DNA of 27,047 nucleotides from positions 1-27,047 of IMG/VR virus record IMGVR_UViG_3300044642_000285, one strand, 5' to 3'. The translations under genes and the position numbers were made by a program. This document shows, in pieces, positions 1 to 9,900 of the stretch (position 1 is the stretch's first letter; the number at the start of each line of letters is the position of its first letter). The notes beneath the pieces were generated by a model that did no database searches, had not been told where the DNA came from, and worked only from the letters and a program-made list of their open reading frames with translations. The DNA is from a virus. Its lineage: Duplodnaviria; Caudoviricetes.

Positions 1-2314
1 AAATAGATGATAACGTTGGGTATCCACTTGTTTTACCATCAGTCGCAAATTGTCGGTTTCTAACATTAATTGTGTTATGCCAAAATGTTTGAGCAAACTC
101 AAAGAAGGTTTTTCTTTTTGGTTGTGGATTTATTTCTGTCCAATCTACACCACCTCTTTGCGGGTATTCAATATTTGGGTGTGGGTCGCAATAAGTTGGT
201 GCAACATAATTTAAACCTTGATTAGGAATTGGGTAATTGTATTGTCTAGACATATACCATACGTCATACAAAATACCTTGTCCAGGATTTAAAAACAAAT
301 CAATATTCTTAACGTTTAATACTAATCTATCATCATCCACAAAATAACGAGCGTTAATCCCGCCATCTAAATTACTTCTTAATCCAACTTCATTGTCAGT
401 CCAACTTTTATTATTATCAGGCACTGCAGTTAAATTATAACCTAATGTCATAAATGGGAAATCTCTGAATCTATTAAGATATTCTTGTCCATATGAATAA
501 GGGATTAACGTTGTTTGATAATTAGGGTTAGAACCTGTAAATACACTATTATTTAAATCAACTTGAGCAGGTGCTCTGTGTTTTGGCGTTTGTTCAAACC
601 AACCACTACCAATTTGGAAAAAGTAGTTTTCCGAATTTATAGGCGCTTGTGGGTACCCATAAACGTCCATAGGATATTCTTCTCGGTTAACATTAACATC
701 CTTAATAGTTATTTCCGTTGTAAATCCTGTATAGGTAACACCAACAATATTAAATGTGTTACCTTGTTCATAAGTCGGCAATTCTTGAATATACGTTCCC
801 CCTGAAATATTATAAAACTGTGTTTCAAACTGTTCTAAATTAATCTTTTGGTCTGCAACATAAACATACTCATTAAACTCAACTAAGGCCTCAGGGGCAC
901 CAACCAATCTCATTAAAACTTCGATTGATTTTCTAGTTCCTTTAGATTTGAATAGGTATGCAGAATTTAATACTAAATTTCTATAATACTGATAATTTAA
1001 TTCGTCAGGTGTTTGTTGTTGTGATGTTCCAAGAAATTGTGAATTATCTTTATTTTTTTGACCAAACACAGACCCTAAAAAATCATCATCAGTAATAGGT
1101 GAAATATTAATTCCCCAACCTAAAGTTTGTGCTAAATTTTTTAACAATTGTGATGGTATATCATTACCCACATTATAATTAACTGAGTTCATAAATGCTA
1201 AAGCATCTATGAATTTTTTAGTTTCATCAAAACTTCTACCATAAATCTGTAGAACTTTTTCCATTTTTTGTGTTACAGTATCAAATTCTTTAAATGAACC
1301 TGTAATTAAAAATCTTGAGACTAAATTTGTCGTATAAATGTCAAAATACTCACTAACATCATTTAATTGTATTAAATAATCTTCAAATGATTTAGTTACT
1401 ATATCAATATTCCATTCACCATATAATGGCCATGTAATAGGTTGATTTGCGGTGTAATAAGTACCATCTTCAGATTCTCTTGGTACTTGAAATGTTGCGG
1501 TATAAATTGGCGTTACATTTCTGTTTAATAAGAAATTTTCAACCTCATCTAAATCTTCATTAAATACTTTAGTAACTTCATAGTCATTAGGTCGAATAAC
1601 AAAACTTTCGTATACAATACTTTGTCCTGAAAAGGGATTCCCACTAACGTGTATTCTTAATGTCCCACTAGAAGTATTGGTTGTTGGTATTAAAGATTTA
1701 ACATCATAACCAATCCCATTGAAATATAATGAATACTTGGCGTATTGGATTGTCATATCTCTTAGAGGAGATACGCTAATTTCTTTTAATTCTAAATTTC
1801 TAGTTGAGTTAATTGAAAAATCAATATCAAATGGATTTCTTAATTTTGCAACATCTAAATCAAAACTTGTTTCATCGTATACCGAATCAAAAATAATATT
1901 AGTTGCGGTTGCCCCTGTAACATAGTTAGTCCCCATAAATGTGGACTCTAAAGCCGCGGGAAACTTACTAATAATTGTTTCAACAGAAACTGAAATACGT
2001 TTAACCATCGACCCATATAATGTGAAATTGGTGATTTGACTCATGTCAAAATTAGGGTAAACCTTAAAGTTATTTTCAAAAATAGATTTAGATTGTACCA
2101 CACCACTAACCCCCATACTATCTAAACTAATAGGGTCAGAGAAGTTTCCTGTATTAAACGTTCTATTCGTTTTCTCATTAATAGAACTAACGAACTCAAA
2201 ATTTCCTTGCGTTAAACCTCCACCAGTAACTAATTGGAAACCAACTAAGTTATCGGAAAAAGTCCCCGCACCTGATGCGGATTGGGGTGGGCAAGTATAT
2301 TTCGTAACGGCCAT
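1..2314 (-). CDS. Baseplate wedge protein (P2 gpI / T4 gp7-like region), large; runs off the left edge of the window (3'-partial, >770 aa)
   Basis: Not in the ORF track. ATG at 2314 overlaps the TAA of the upstream gene (TAATG). Manual translation MAVTKYTCPPQSASGAGTFSDNLVGFQ... is open wherever read, including the window edge (...WHNTINVRNRQFATDGKTSGYPTLSSI). Contains LLKNLAQTLGW ... YYRNLVLNSAYLFKSKGTRKSIE, matching the 'L..LA...G ... Y..KGT..(S/A)I' pattern of gpI-type wedge proteins. Sits in the baseplate operon. Confidence 0.75.
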   Translation of the reverse strand, partial: MAVTKYTCPPQSASGAGTFSDNLVGFQLVTGGGLTQGNFEFVSSINEKTNRTFNTGNFSDPISLDSMGVSGVVQSKSIFENNFKVYPNFDMSQITNFTLYGSMVKRISVSVETIISKFPAALESTFMGTNYVTGATATNIIFDSVYDETSFDLDVAKLRNPFDIDFSINSTRNLELKEISVSPLRDMTIQYAKYSLYFNGIGYDVKSLIPTTNTSSGTLRIHVSGNPFSGQSIVYESFVIRPNDYEVTKVFNEDLDEVENFLLNRNVTPIYTATFQVPRESEDGTYYTANQPITWPLYGEWNIDIVTKSFEDYLIQLNDVSEYFDIYTTNLVSRFLITGSFKEFDTVTQKMEKVLQIYGRSFDETKKFIDALAFMNSVNYNVGNDIPSQLLKNLAQTLGWGINISPITDDDFLGSVFGQKNKDNSQFLGTSQQQTPDELNYQYYRNLVLNSAYLFKSKGTRKSIEVLMRLVGAPEALVEFNEYVYVADQKINLEQFETQFYNISGGTYIQELPTYEQGNTFNIVGVTYTGFTTEITIKDVNVNREEYPMDVYGYPQAPINSENYFFQIGSGWFEQTPKHRAPAQVDLNNSVFTGSNPNYQTTLIPYSYGQEYLNRFRDFPFMTLGYNLTAVPDNNKSWTDNEVGLRSNLDGGINARYFVDDDRLVLNVKNIDLFLNPGQGILYDVWYMSRQYNYPIPNQGLNYVAPTYCDPHPNIEYPQRGGVDWTEINPQPKRKTFFEFAQTFWHNTINVRNRQFATDGKTSGYPTLSSI

Positions 2315-3222
2315 TATTGTGTTATATTTGTAAAGTTTTTACTGAAGTCAATATCATTTCCTCTATCTTGTCTAACCTCATAAAGTAATTCATTAAATTG
2401 GTCTCTAATTTCATATAAGTTATATTGTCTGTATATGTTATTTTGAGTATCATATAATGTGTAGATACCATCTTCCATAGATTTAGTTTGATTACCAAAC
2501 AATGCGATTGCTAACGTTGAGAAGTCATGTTCTGCAATTTCAATATCTAAAGTTATTGGGTTAAAGAAAGTATTTGTAATAATAATATCTTGGTCAGGTT
2601 GTCCAATATACGGTGTTGCGTTTGGCTTATTAGTCGGTGATGATGATGGTGAAACAGTACAAAAAATTAAATTTGTATTATTATCCGTATATCGATATCT
2701 AATCGCTTTTTGAGAAGTATTTGTTAAGTTTTGAACAACTGGTTCACAAAAGAATGATGAGGTTATTAATCTAAAAAAATTAGGTACTTTAGTTCCGTCA
2801 GAATTTAGGTATTCAATTCTAAAACCAACTAAACCTTGATTAACAAATTTATTCCTAAACTGAGTTGGTACATCATTTAAATCAATTACTAATCCTTTAA
2901 CATTTGGTAACGCTGATAGAACACCACAATCAAGGATTCTTGTTCTTATTTGAGCAGGTCTAACCAGTAAAGTATATATACCAATTTTATTAAATTGTTC
3001 TGAAGGCAATCTTAGATTATATAAACCACCTAATATTTCAACATTAGGATTACCACCTGTAGCGTCGTTATTAAAGTACGGTCTTAAGATTGATGTTGCA
3101 TCTAATTTAGTTAAGATGAAATTTTCAGTCTCATCTCTTGATGGGGTATAGTTTAGGATTATCTCCACGTCTTCGGGAGAGACATCCGCTGGTCTAATCG
3201 TACCGTATGTTCCTGTTGCCAT
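2314..3222 (-). CDS. Hypothetical phage protein, probably virion structural (302 aa)
   Basis: Long ORF translationally coupled to both neighbours (1-nt gap and 1-nt overlap) within the baseplate operon. No recognisable catalytic motif. Confidence 0.7.
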   Translation of the reverse strand: MATGTYGTIRPADVSPEDVEIILNYTPSRDETENFILTKLDATSILRPYFNNDATGGNPNVEILGGLYNLRLPSEQFNKIGIYTLLVRPAQIRTRILDCGVLSALPNVKGLVIDLNDVPTQFRNKFVNQGLVGFRIEYLNSDGTKVPNFFRLITSSFFCEPVVQNLTNTSQKAIRYRYTDNNTNLIFCTVSPSSSPTNKPNATPYIGQPDQDIIITNTFFNPITLDIEIAEHDFSTLAIALFGNQTKSMEDGIYTLYDTQNNIYRQYNLYEIRDQFNELLYEVRQDRGNDIDFSKNFTNITQ

Positions 3223-3223
3223 A

Positions 3224-4402
3224 TTATATATTAATTATGTTAAAAAATTCGTAACCGTATTTTTCGAGGTCACCTATATTATCAATTTCACCTAATCTTT
3301 CGATTCTTTCCAATGCAGATAGTTTTCCTCTCTCTATAAATACATTGGTTTGAACTTCTGCTTCATCAATTACATTTAATAATACTTCATTTTTTGTAAT
3401 TGCGGAGCAAATCATCATATCTTCAGTTAATCCAGAAGACTCAACCGCAAATATTGTGGTGTTATCACTATAATCATAGTAATTCATTCCATTAATTGTA
3501 TAGGCGGTGTATGGTTCCGTTGGGTGAGGACCCCAATATGTTCCAATGTTTCCTGAAGTACCCGTTATTTGAACCCCTATCTTATATTTACCACCAAACA
3601 AAGTATTTTTACTACCGTAAACTTCTAAATCACTAACAGAGGATTTAGTATATCCTGTAATAATAAAAGGAACTGTTGTGAAATTTGTTATATCCATTAT
3701 TTGAGCGTCACAACTAGCATCACCACTAAAAATGTAATCGTAATTAAACATCGTACCACTCCAACTACCACCCGCAGGTGTAAAGTAAGCAGTACCTTTA
3801 GGATTGGTAATTACAACATCGGTAAATGGAACCTCAACTGTTTTTTGAACAATATTTGACCCCCATGGGCTCATACCTGACATACTAATAGTAAATTCTC
3901 CTGTTGTTGAGTAGGTGTGTTGGTAATAATTCGGCGCGTTTGTTGTTATGGTTTCTATTGGAGTACCGTCCCCCCAATCAACATAATAATTTGAGAATTG
4001 TAGGTATTTTTTAAACTCGGTGTCAGAAGTGTTATAAAAATAGTATACGTTTGGGAATGTTGTGGTTGCTGAAAATAAAAAATTTGTCATGGTTTCCTGT
4101 TGTAAAACCATACCATCAAAAACAGAGTAATATCCTATATCAACAGTATTCTCCGTTAACATAATTGGGACTGTAAGTCCTGTTAATATTGAATTACCGT
4201 TAGTTCCGCCTGATAAAATTTCAGTCATTGATGAATACACATACGTATGACCTGTTACATATTTTGTAACTTGTTGAGTATATATATCACAACAAAAAGG
4301 TATCTCAACATCTTCTGTAAAAGGTGAATATATGTTAACCTTGAAGATATCATTTTGAATGACTTCTGGAGATATTTTTATATAATAATTTCTATTATCC
4401 AT
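3224..4402 (-). CDS. Putative virion protein with PKD-like (Ig-fold) domain (392 aa)
   Basis: YYVDWGDGTP...YQHTYSTTGEFTISMSG matches the PKD signature W-x-F/W-G-D-G...H-T-Y...G-x-Y/F-x-V/I. Thr/Ser/Tyr-rich. Coupled to neighbours by TAA-T-ATG junctions. Confidence 0.7.
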   Translation of the reverse strand: MDNRNYYIKISPEVIQNDIFKVNIYSPFTEDVEIPFCCDIYTQQVTKYVTGHTYVYSSMTEILSGGTNGNSILTGLTVPIMLTENTVDIGYYSVFDGMVLQQETMTNFLFSATTTFPNVYYFYNTSDTEFKKYLQFSNYYVDWGDGTPIETITTNAPNYYQHTYSTTGEFTISMSGMSPWGSNIVQKTVEVPFTDVVITNPKGTAYFTPAGGSWSGTMFNYDYIFSGDASCDAQIMDITNFTTVPFIITGYTKSSVSDLEVYGSKNTLFGGKYKIGVQITGTSGNIGTYWGPHPTEPYTAYTINGMNYYDYSDNTTIFAVESSGLTEDMMICSAITKNEVLLNVIDEAEVQTNVFIERGKLSALERIERLGEIDNIGDLEKYGYEFFNIINI

Positions 4403-4403
4403 A

Positions 4404-5210
4404 TTACGGGTTTATATATTCATACCATTTTATAGGGGTTCCCTCTCCAACTCTAAGCCCGTTAGAAATATTAAAAATTTTGTATGTTTGATTAACAGAA
4501 TCTAAAACAACTTTATAATAAAACTTATCTTCACCATTAAATAAAAACACATCGGGTAATGTGGATTGTGGTACTGTCATCATCTTAACAAATACACCTA
4601 ATCTGGCATCAAAAAATTTAGCCGTCATATAAAACGTACTAATATCAATAAATTCTTTTTTTCTTAACCAATAAAAAAAGAACCCTTCTTTGTCTCCGAC
4701 ATAATCTAAAAATTGTGAAGGTTTTTTAATATTAACATTTGGCTTTGTTGGTGAAATACTAACACTTTCAGTACTGCCTTGTTGGACGGGTAAAATAACC
4801 GTAAAATAATTCGTTTGGTTTGTTCCACTGTTACTATCGTAAAAATCTAACTTAAAAAATGACTTAGTGAAAGGTTTTTCATAATAATAAACTTCTGACG
4901 CGGTAAACCCTTCAGGCAAATAACTACACGTCCAATTTGCGGGCGTTGAGGTTTCCACATTATTTGGGTTACCATTATAGAAATTAAATTCATAATTTAT
5001 TTTAGTATCTTCGGAAAATGAATACTTATCATGAGCAAATCTTAGAATCTCAAAATCTTCAGCAAGACCAATAATGTCCTTAACAACCTCTTCTTGGAAA
5101 ATCTCAATACTATCATCTCTACCATAGAAATCCCATTTAAGTTCTATCGGTAAATTGATATATCCATCCGTAGTCGGTAATATAAATTTATATTTGTTAC
5201 TCACATCCAT
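4404..5210 (-). CDS. Hypothetical phage protein, probably structural (268 aa)
   Basis: Long ORF overlapping the upstream gene end by 14 nt; aromatic-rich, beta-strand-like composition; operon context. Confidence 0.65.
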   Translation of the reverse strand: MDVSNKYKFILPTTDGYINLPIELKWDFYGRDDSIEIFQEEVVKDIIGLAEDFEILRFAHDKYSFSEDTKINYEFNFYNGNPNNVETSTPANWTCSYLPEGFTASEVYYYEKPFTKSFFKLDFYDSNSGTNQTNYFTVILPVQQGSTESVSISPTKPNVNIKKPSQFLDYVGDKEGFFFYWLRKKEFIDISTFYMTAKFFDARLGVFVKMMTVPQSTLPDVFLFNGEDKFYYKVVLDSVNQTYKIFNISNGLRVGEGTPIKWYEYINP

Positions 5211-6993
5211 CGATAATAGGGTCAGTTGTTAATACTTGTTCTCTATAATTACTTCCTTCTGGAATTATTCTAAAAATATTATTATTATAAGGGTAATGAG
5301 TACCATTCATAAATGGGTAATTAACCCCAATACCATTATTAACATACCCATATGGGTATAAATCTCTCCATATAAATGAATCTGTTTTTTCAGAATAAAA
5401 AGAATAGTCAGGAATACCCTCAGTAAATTGTTTACTACCTGTTTCAATATAGTCAGAATAATCCCTAATATTTAACGGGTAATGAGGTTGGTAATAATAC
5501 CCAAACATGTTAGACGGTGACTGTGGTGGGGTTGTTAATTTAAAGGCAAATGGGTTGAACCTGTACTTGTGATATAACGTAGATATTACTCTTTCTTGTT
5601 GTTCTGATTCATTCCATTCACAATAATCCCCATCTAATATATCCCCCTCTTTTAATGATTCAATATAGGTAAATGGTATTGAACCTAAATTAGGTCCTAA
5701 TCCCGCACCAAGTGGTGTGTTGTAAACACCAACAGGGAATGGAGTATTTGATAATGAATTAGAATTACTCCACCAACCACTAGGTTTATTGGTTGACGGG
5801 TCTAAGGGTAAATTAAATTCATAACCTTGTTTAAGCCCCAAATATTCATTTGGATTTTTCTTGGTCCCAAACATTAGCCCAAAATAACCCTTCCATATTA
5901 CCGTAAAAAATAATTCACTGATAGGTCGTTTTTGATTGTCTCTAATAGGATTAATATGTATATCTTTATTAAAAGATAGTGTATATGATTGAGCACCTTC
6001 TTTAATCGAAACTCTAGCAACTTGATTTGGTGTGAACCCACTACTTTCAAATTTTTTTCTATTACCAAAAATATTTTGGTCAAATCCTGCATTTACTAAC
6101 ACCGCATCTTGTGAGTTAGTTAATATTTTATGTCTTCTAACATAATATTGTGAAGTGGTGTCGTTTGGATTTTCAATATCAATGATTCGTTTAAAAGTCC
6201 CTTCAGAATTATTTGCAAACGCCCCTCCTGTAAACCCAACATTGTATATATTAAAGATGTACTCCTCACTACCCGCTTTTTGGTCACCTAACGAATATAC
6301 TTGAAAAGAATCAATCCCATTGTAGTTAAAATTAAACTTTACATATTCACCAATAGTTAATCCATGTTTTACGGGGCATCTAAATGATACTAAGTTTTGA
6401 CCATTAAAAGTTGTATTATCAATTATAAATGGTATACCATTACCACAAACCCATTGTAATAAATTTGTACTTTTTTTATCAATAGATTCTAATTCTTTTG
6501 TAAAATCATTATCATAAGCATAACTAACAAAGAAATTCCAATTATAACTTGAAGCACTTTTAGGTACAAATGTAATATGATTGTTTGGTGGTTGAGTATA
6601 TCCTGGTACATTATAATCGGTACGAATAAAGTCAAACTCATTGTACTGTGGGAGTCCTGACCAACTAACGTTCTGTGGATTATCACCACATTGTTTTTTT
6701 GCCGCAGCATCAGCATTGACATAATATAAGTTATTCTCTAAAGGTGGATAATTAGTTGACCCACTATATGAGTTATTGAATAGTAATGAAAATTTACAAA
6801 CAGGTCTGAATGTGTCTGATTTTTGTCTTTCATCATCAAAAACCTGTTGTAAGTCAATATTAATATTTCTATCAAATTCAACATTCTCCTTATTAGTTTG
6901 GACTAAAGGTACATTAAACATTAGGTTTGTGTCAGGAGCTGACTTATACCTTAATGACCCTAAAACTACTCGAGTATCTATTCTATTTCCCAT
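5197..6993 (-). CDS. Hypothetical phage structural protein (598 aa)
   Basis: Long ORF starting 2 nt after the stop of the 1795-aa gene. Contains HGLTIGEYV, resembling the 'HGL..G(D/E).V' small beta-barrel motif common in phage tail and baseplate proteins. Confidence 0.65.
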   Translation of the reverse strand: MGNRIDTRVVLGSLRYKSAPDTNLMFNVPLVQTNKENVEFDRNINIDLQQVFDDERQKSDTFRPVCKFSLLFNNSYSGSTNYPPLENNLYYVNADAAAKKQCGDNPQNVSWSGLPQYNEFDFIRTDYNVPGYTQPPNNHITFVPKSASSYNWNFFVSYAYDNDFTKELESIDKKSTNLLQWVCGNGIPFIIDNTTFNGQNLVSFRCPVKHGLTIGEYVKFNFNYNGIDSFQVYSLGDQKAGSEEYIFNIYNVGFTGGAFANNSEGTFKRIIDIENPNDTTSQYYVRRHKILTNSQDAVLVNAGFDQNIFGNRKKFESSGFTPNQVARVSIKEGAQSYTLSFNKDIHINPIRDNQKRPISELFFTVIWKGYFGLMFGTKKNPNEYLGLKQGYEFNLPLDPSTNKPSGWWSNSNSLSNTPFPVGVYNTPLGAGLGPNLGSIPFTYIESLKEGDILDGDYCEWNESEQQERVISTLYHKYRFNPFAFKLTTPPQSPSNMFGYYYQPHYPLNIRDYSDYIETGSKQFTEGIPDYSFYSEKTDSFIWRDLYPYGYVNNGIGVNYPFMNGTHYPYNNNIFRIIPEGSNYREQVLTTDPIIDGCE

Positions 6994-6995
6994 TG

Positions 6996-9900
6996 TTACG
7001 CAATTATATTATTAGTATCTACCCATTTAACTACAAATCTATCAAATGCCGTTTTACCTTTCTTTAAACCAAAATAGAAGTGGAAAGGAGCCCCTGTGTT
7101 TATCACTCTAGGTTGAGGACTATTTAAATCTTGGGTACTTGGTGCCGCACTATAAGTGAAACCATTTGCGGTGAAACTTGTTGATGGTGTGGTTTGAGAG
7201 ATATCGACAAAATAAGTACCGTTACCCCCTGTAGGTGCTGCTGGTGGTGACACAGTCAATTGACTTAAAATAGTTGTATTTGGAGTAATACCTGGACCTG
7301 ACAATATAAACCCTTCTTGTAAAAGTGCTGGTGTAACTGAAGTAATGGTTAAAACATTACCAACAATACTACAAGTACCGTTCACAGTTTGAGGTGTAAC
7401 ACTATAGATATATCCTTTGAAGTATTTAGTCATTGATGTCGCATTTGTTCTAAAATATCTTGATGATTGTTCTATTCTATCAAGACTTTGATATTTCTTA
7501 GTAAAGAATTCATTACCTGAAATAGGGTCTGTCTTCCATCCATTATCTTGATTTCCAAAAATATTATCAGGACTACCAGGGTTAACGTTCCATTGATAGA
7601 AAGGTACTTCTTGTGATATCACTTCAATATTACTAAACGCACATACATTTGTTGCGGCAACCGTATCGTCAATTATTGTTCTTTTTGGACTAATAAAATC
7701 TCTTAATCGAGTATCAGATTGGAAGAACACTCCAAATATTTGGCCATTCCCTGTAAGTGTATTAATGTAGATTGAATCTTGTCCTGGTCTATCAGGATAG
7801 TTAGCCGATTGGAATGGAGCAACTCCAAGCTCAGAATTAACAGAAATTGCTTGAGCGTAATCACCATCAACCATATTTTTAGTTCTACTAAAATAACTTA
7901 AAATATTTGCCCCATTTATTAAACCAACGAGAAAACTTTTATTAGATAATCTAGTGATTATAAATAAATTTAATAATTCAGAAACATCCGAGAATGTTGT
8001 TGATTGTAACTTATTCATAACATAACCATCATATTCATCTGACATAACAATCTCCTGTAAATAATCAGTTCTTGGTCCTAAATCTAAAACTGTTGTTGGA
8101 TATAATAAATTATAAAAATTGCCCCCGTACTGACCAAATACCGCCCCAAAGAACCCCCCCGAAGTCGCCCTATTCTGACCAATAAATTGGTTTGTCAATT
8201 CATTCCACGGACTACTTCTATAATAAAAGTTATTAGTACTATTATGTAATACCACCACATCATCACAATAAGCATATTGAGCCTGATTTGGGTTAGGTGC
8301 CAATGGTGATGTAAATGTAACATCGTTGTTAAAATTAAACGCGTATAAAGTTCCGTTTATCCAATTGTTTGTAAACATGTGTCCCCACACATTTCGACAC
8401 GCTCCGAATGTTATTAATAAACGTGAAACCCATTCAGTTAACAGTAAAAGGTCTCTAGGTAATGATAAAAATATGGTTGTTACATAAGTATAACATCCAT
8501 TTGTAACCAAATCACCACCACCAACAGGGTCTTTACGACAATCACCAGTATAGTCAACATATAACTCTCCACTTTGTTCACCATAACAACCTAAATTAAC
8601 CATTTTACCACAGTTAAATGAATCAATAACATTACTAATTATTTTAGGTTCTCCAGCACTTGATAAATCAGCAGTAGTACCTGTTAAATTAACTGTTTGG
8701 TCTCCACCTGTACCTGAACCAGATATTGATGTTCCGTCATCCGAAAACTGAAATACTGAAAAATTAAGATTACTATGTAATGCAAAACTATTGAATAAAT
8801 TATCCTGTAATGTGGTTGATGTTGGTAATCTATCAGACCTCATAACTATTTTTCTACTTCCACCCAAATTGTAATTCATATTTGTTATTGGGTATTTTGG
8901 CGCATAGTAATATCCAATATAATTAAATCCACCAGGACCACTACTATAAACTTGCTGAACCGACGCTTGTAAATACATTCCTGAACCACCCTCAATAATT
9001 TCATTAAGGAAATAACCTCGACTACTTGTAATATTTACAGGGTTTTCATAGTAATTACTTGTTATCGTAGTTGTAAACTCCCTGCAAAATACGTTATTCG
9101 ATTTCACATTGACACCGTAAAATGTATCAGGGTCAAATCCCGCACTTAAAAGTGGTTTAGCATTTTCAGGGTAAAATGACATACTACCATTATCTAATGA
9201 AGAATAATATGTATGTAGATTAGAAGGAAACCCTGAAAATGAAGCGGTACCAGTACTAGCTGGTTGATAATGGAATGAATCAAAATATAGTTTCTGACCA
9301 CTATACGCATCAGTGTCAAAGTTATTTGTTAAATTATGTCTAACATTTTTAAAATCAGGTTTGATTGGTTGATTTAAATGATATTTAGGTACGGCGCCAC
9401 CACTTGTAACTTTATAAGCGGGGTTACCAAATCCTGTATCACCATATAATATACTAAGGTCGTACTCACAATCACTTCTTGTTGAGTACGGGTCAACCCC
9501 TCTAACTAAGAAAACAACAATTTGGTCGTTAAATTCTGGAAAATAATCACCAGGTTTTAATAACGGGTTGGCCAACGGATATGCGGGGTCATTTAAAAAG
9601 TTTATCCAATCAGGTGGGAATGGAGATGGGTTGTCGTAACTGTAAATTCTATTAAATTTCATTTCATTATTAATAAACCTACGTTGGAGACCTAATGGGT
9701 TATTCCCCCCCGCAGCACACAATGTAGAAAATTCAGAATAAGTATTTGCGGTTATAACTTGGAAATATTCAATATCCATCGGGAATTTAGCGTATTGAAC
9801 GTCGTCGTCGTCTTGTTGACTAGTATAAGTTTGACTTAATGCGGGTCCATTAGGATTGTTATAATTCGCATATTGGACAACTATATTTCCCACATTTGAT

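Noticed and set aside
563-1925. Plus-strand ORFs 563-805 and 1719-1925
   Set aside because: Antisense shadows of the long minus-strand wedge gene (1-2314); non-ATG starts and no motifs.
5898-7015. Short ORFs 5898-6092, 6489-6722 (minus) and 6776-7015 (plus)
   Set aside because: Nested in or antisense to the 598-aa gene, with no independent signals.
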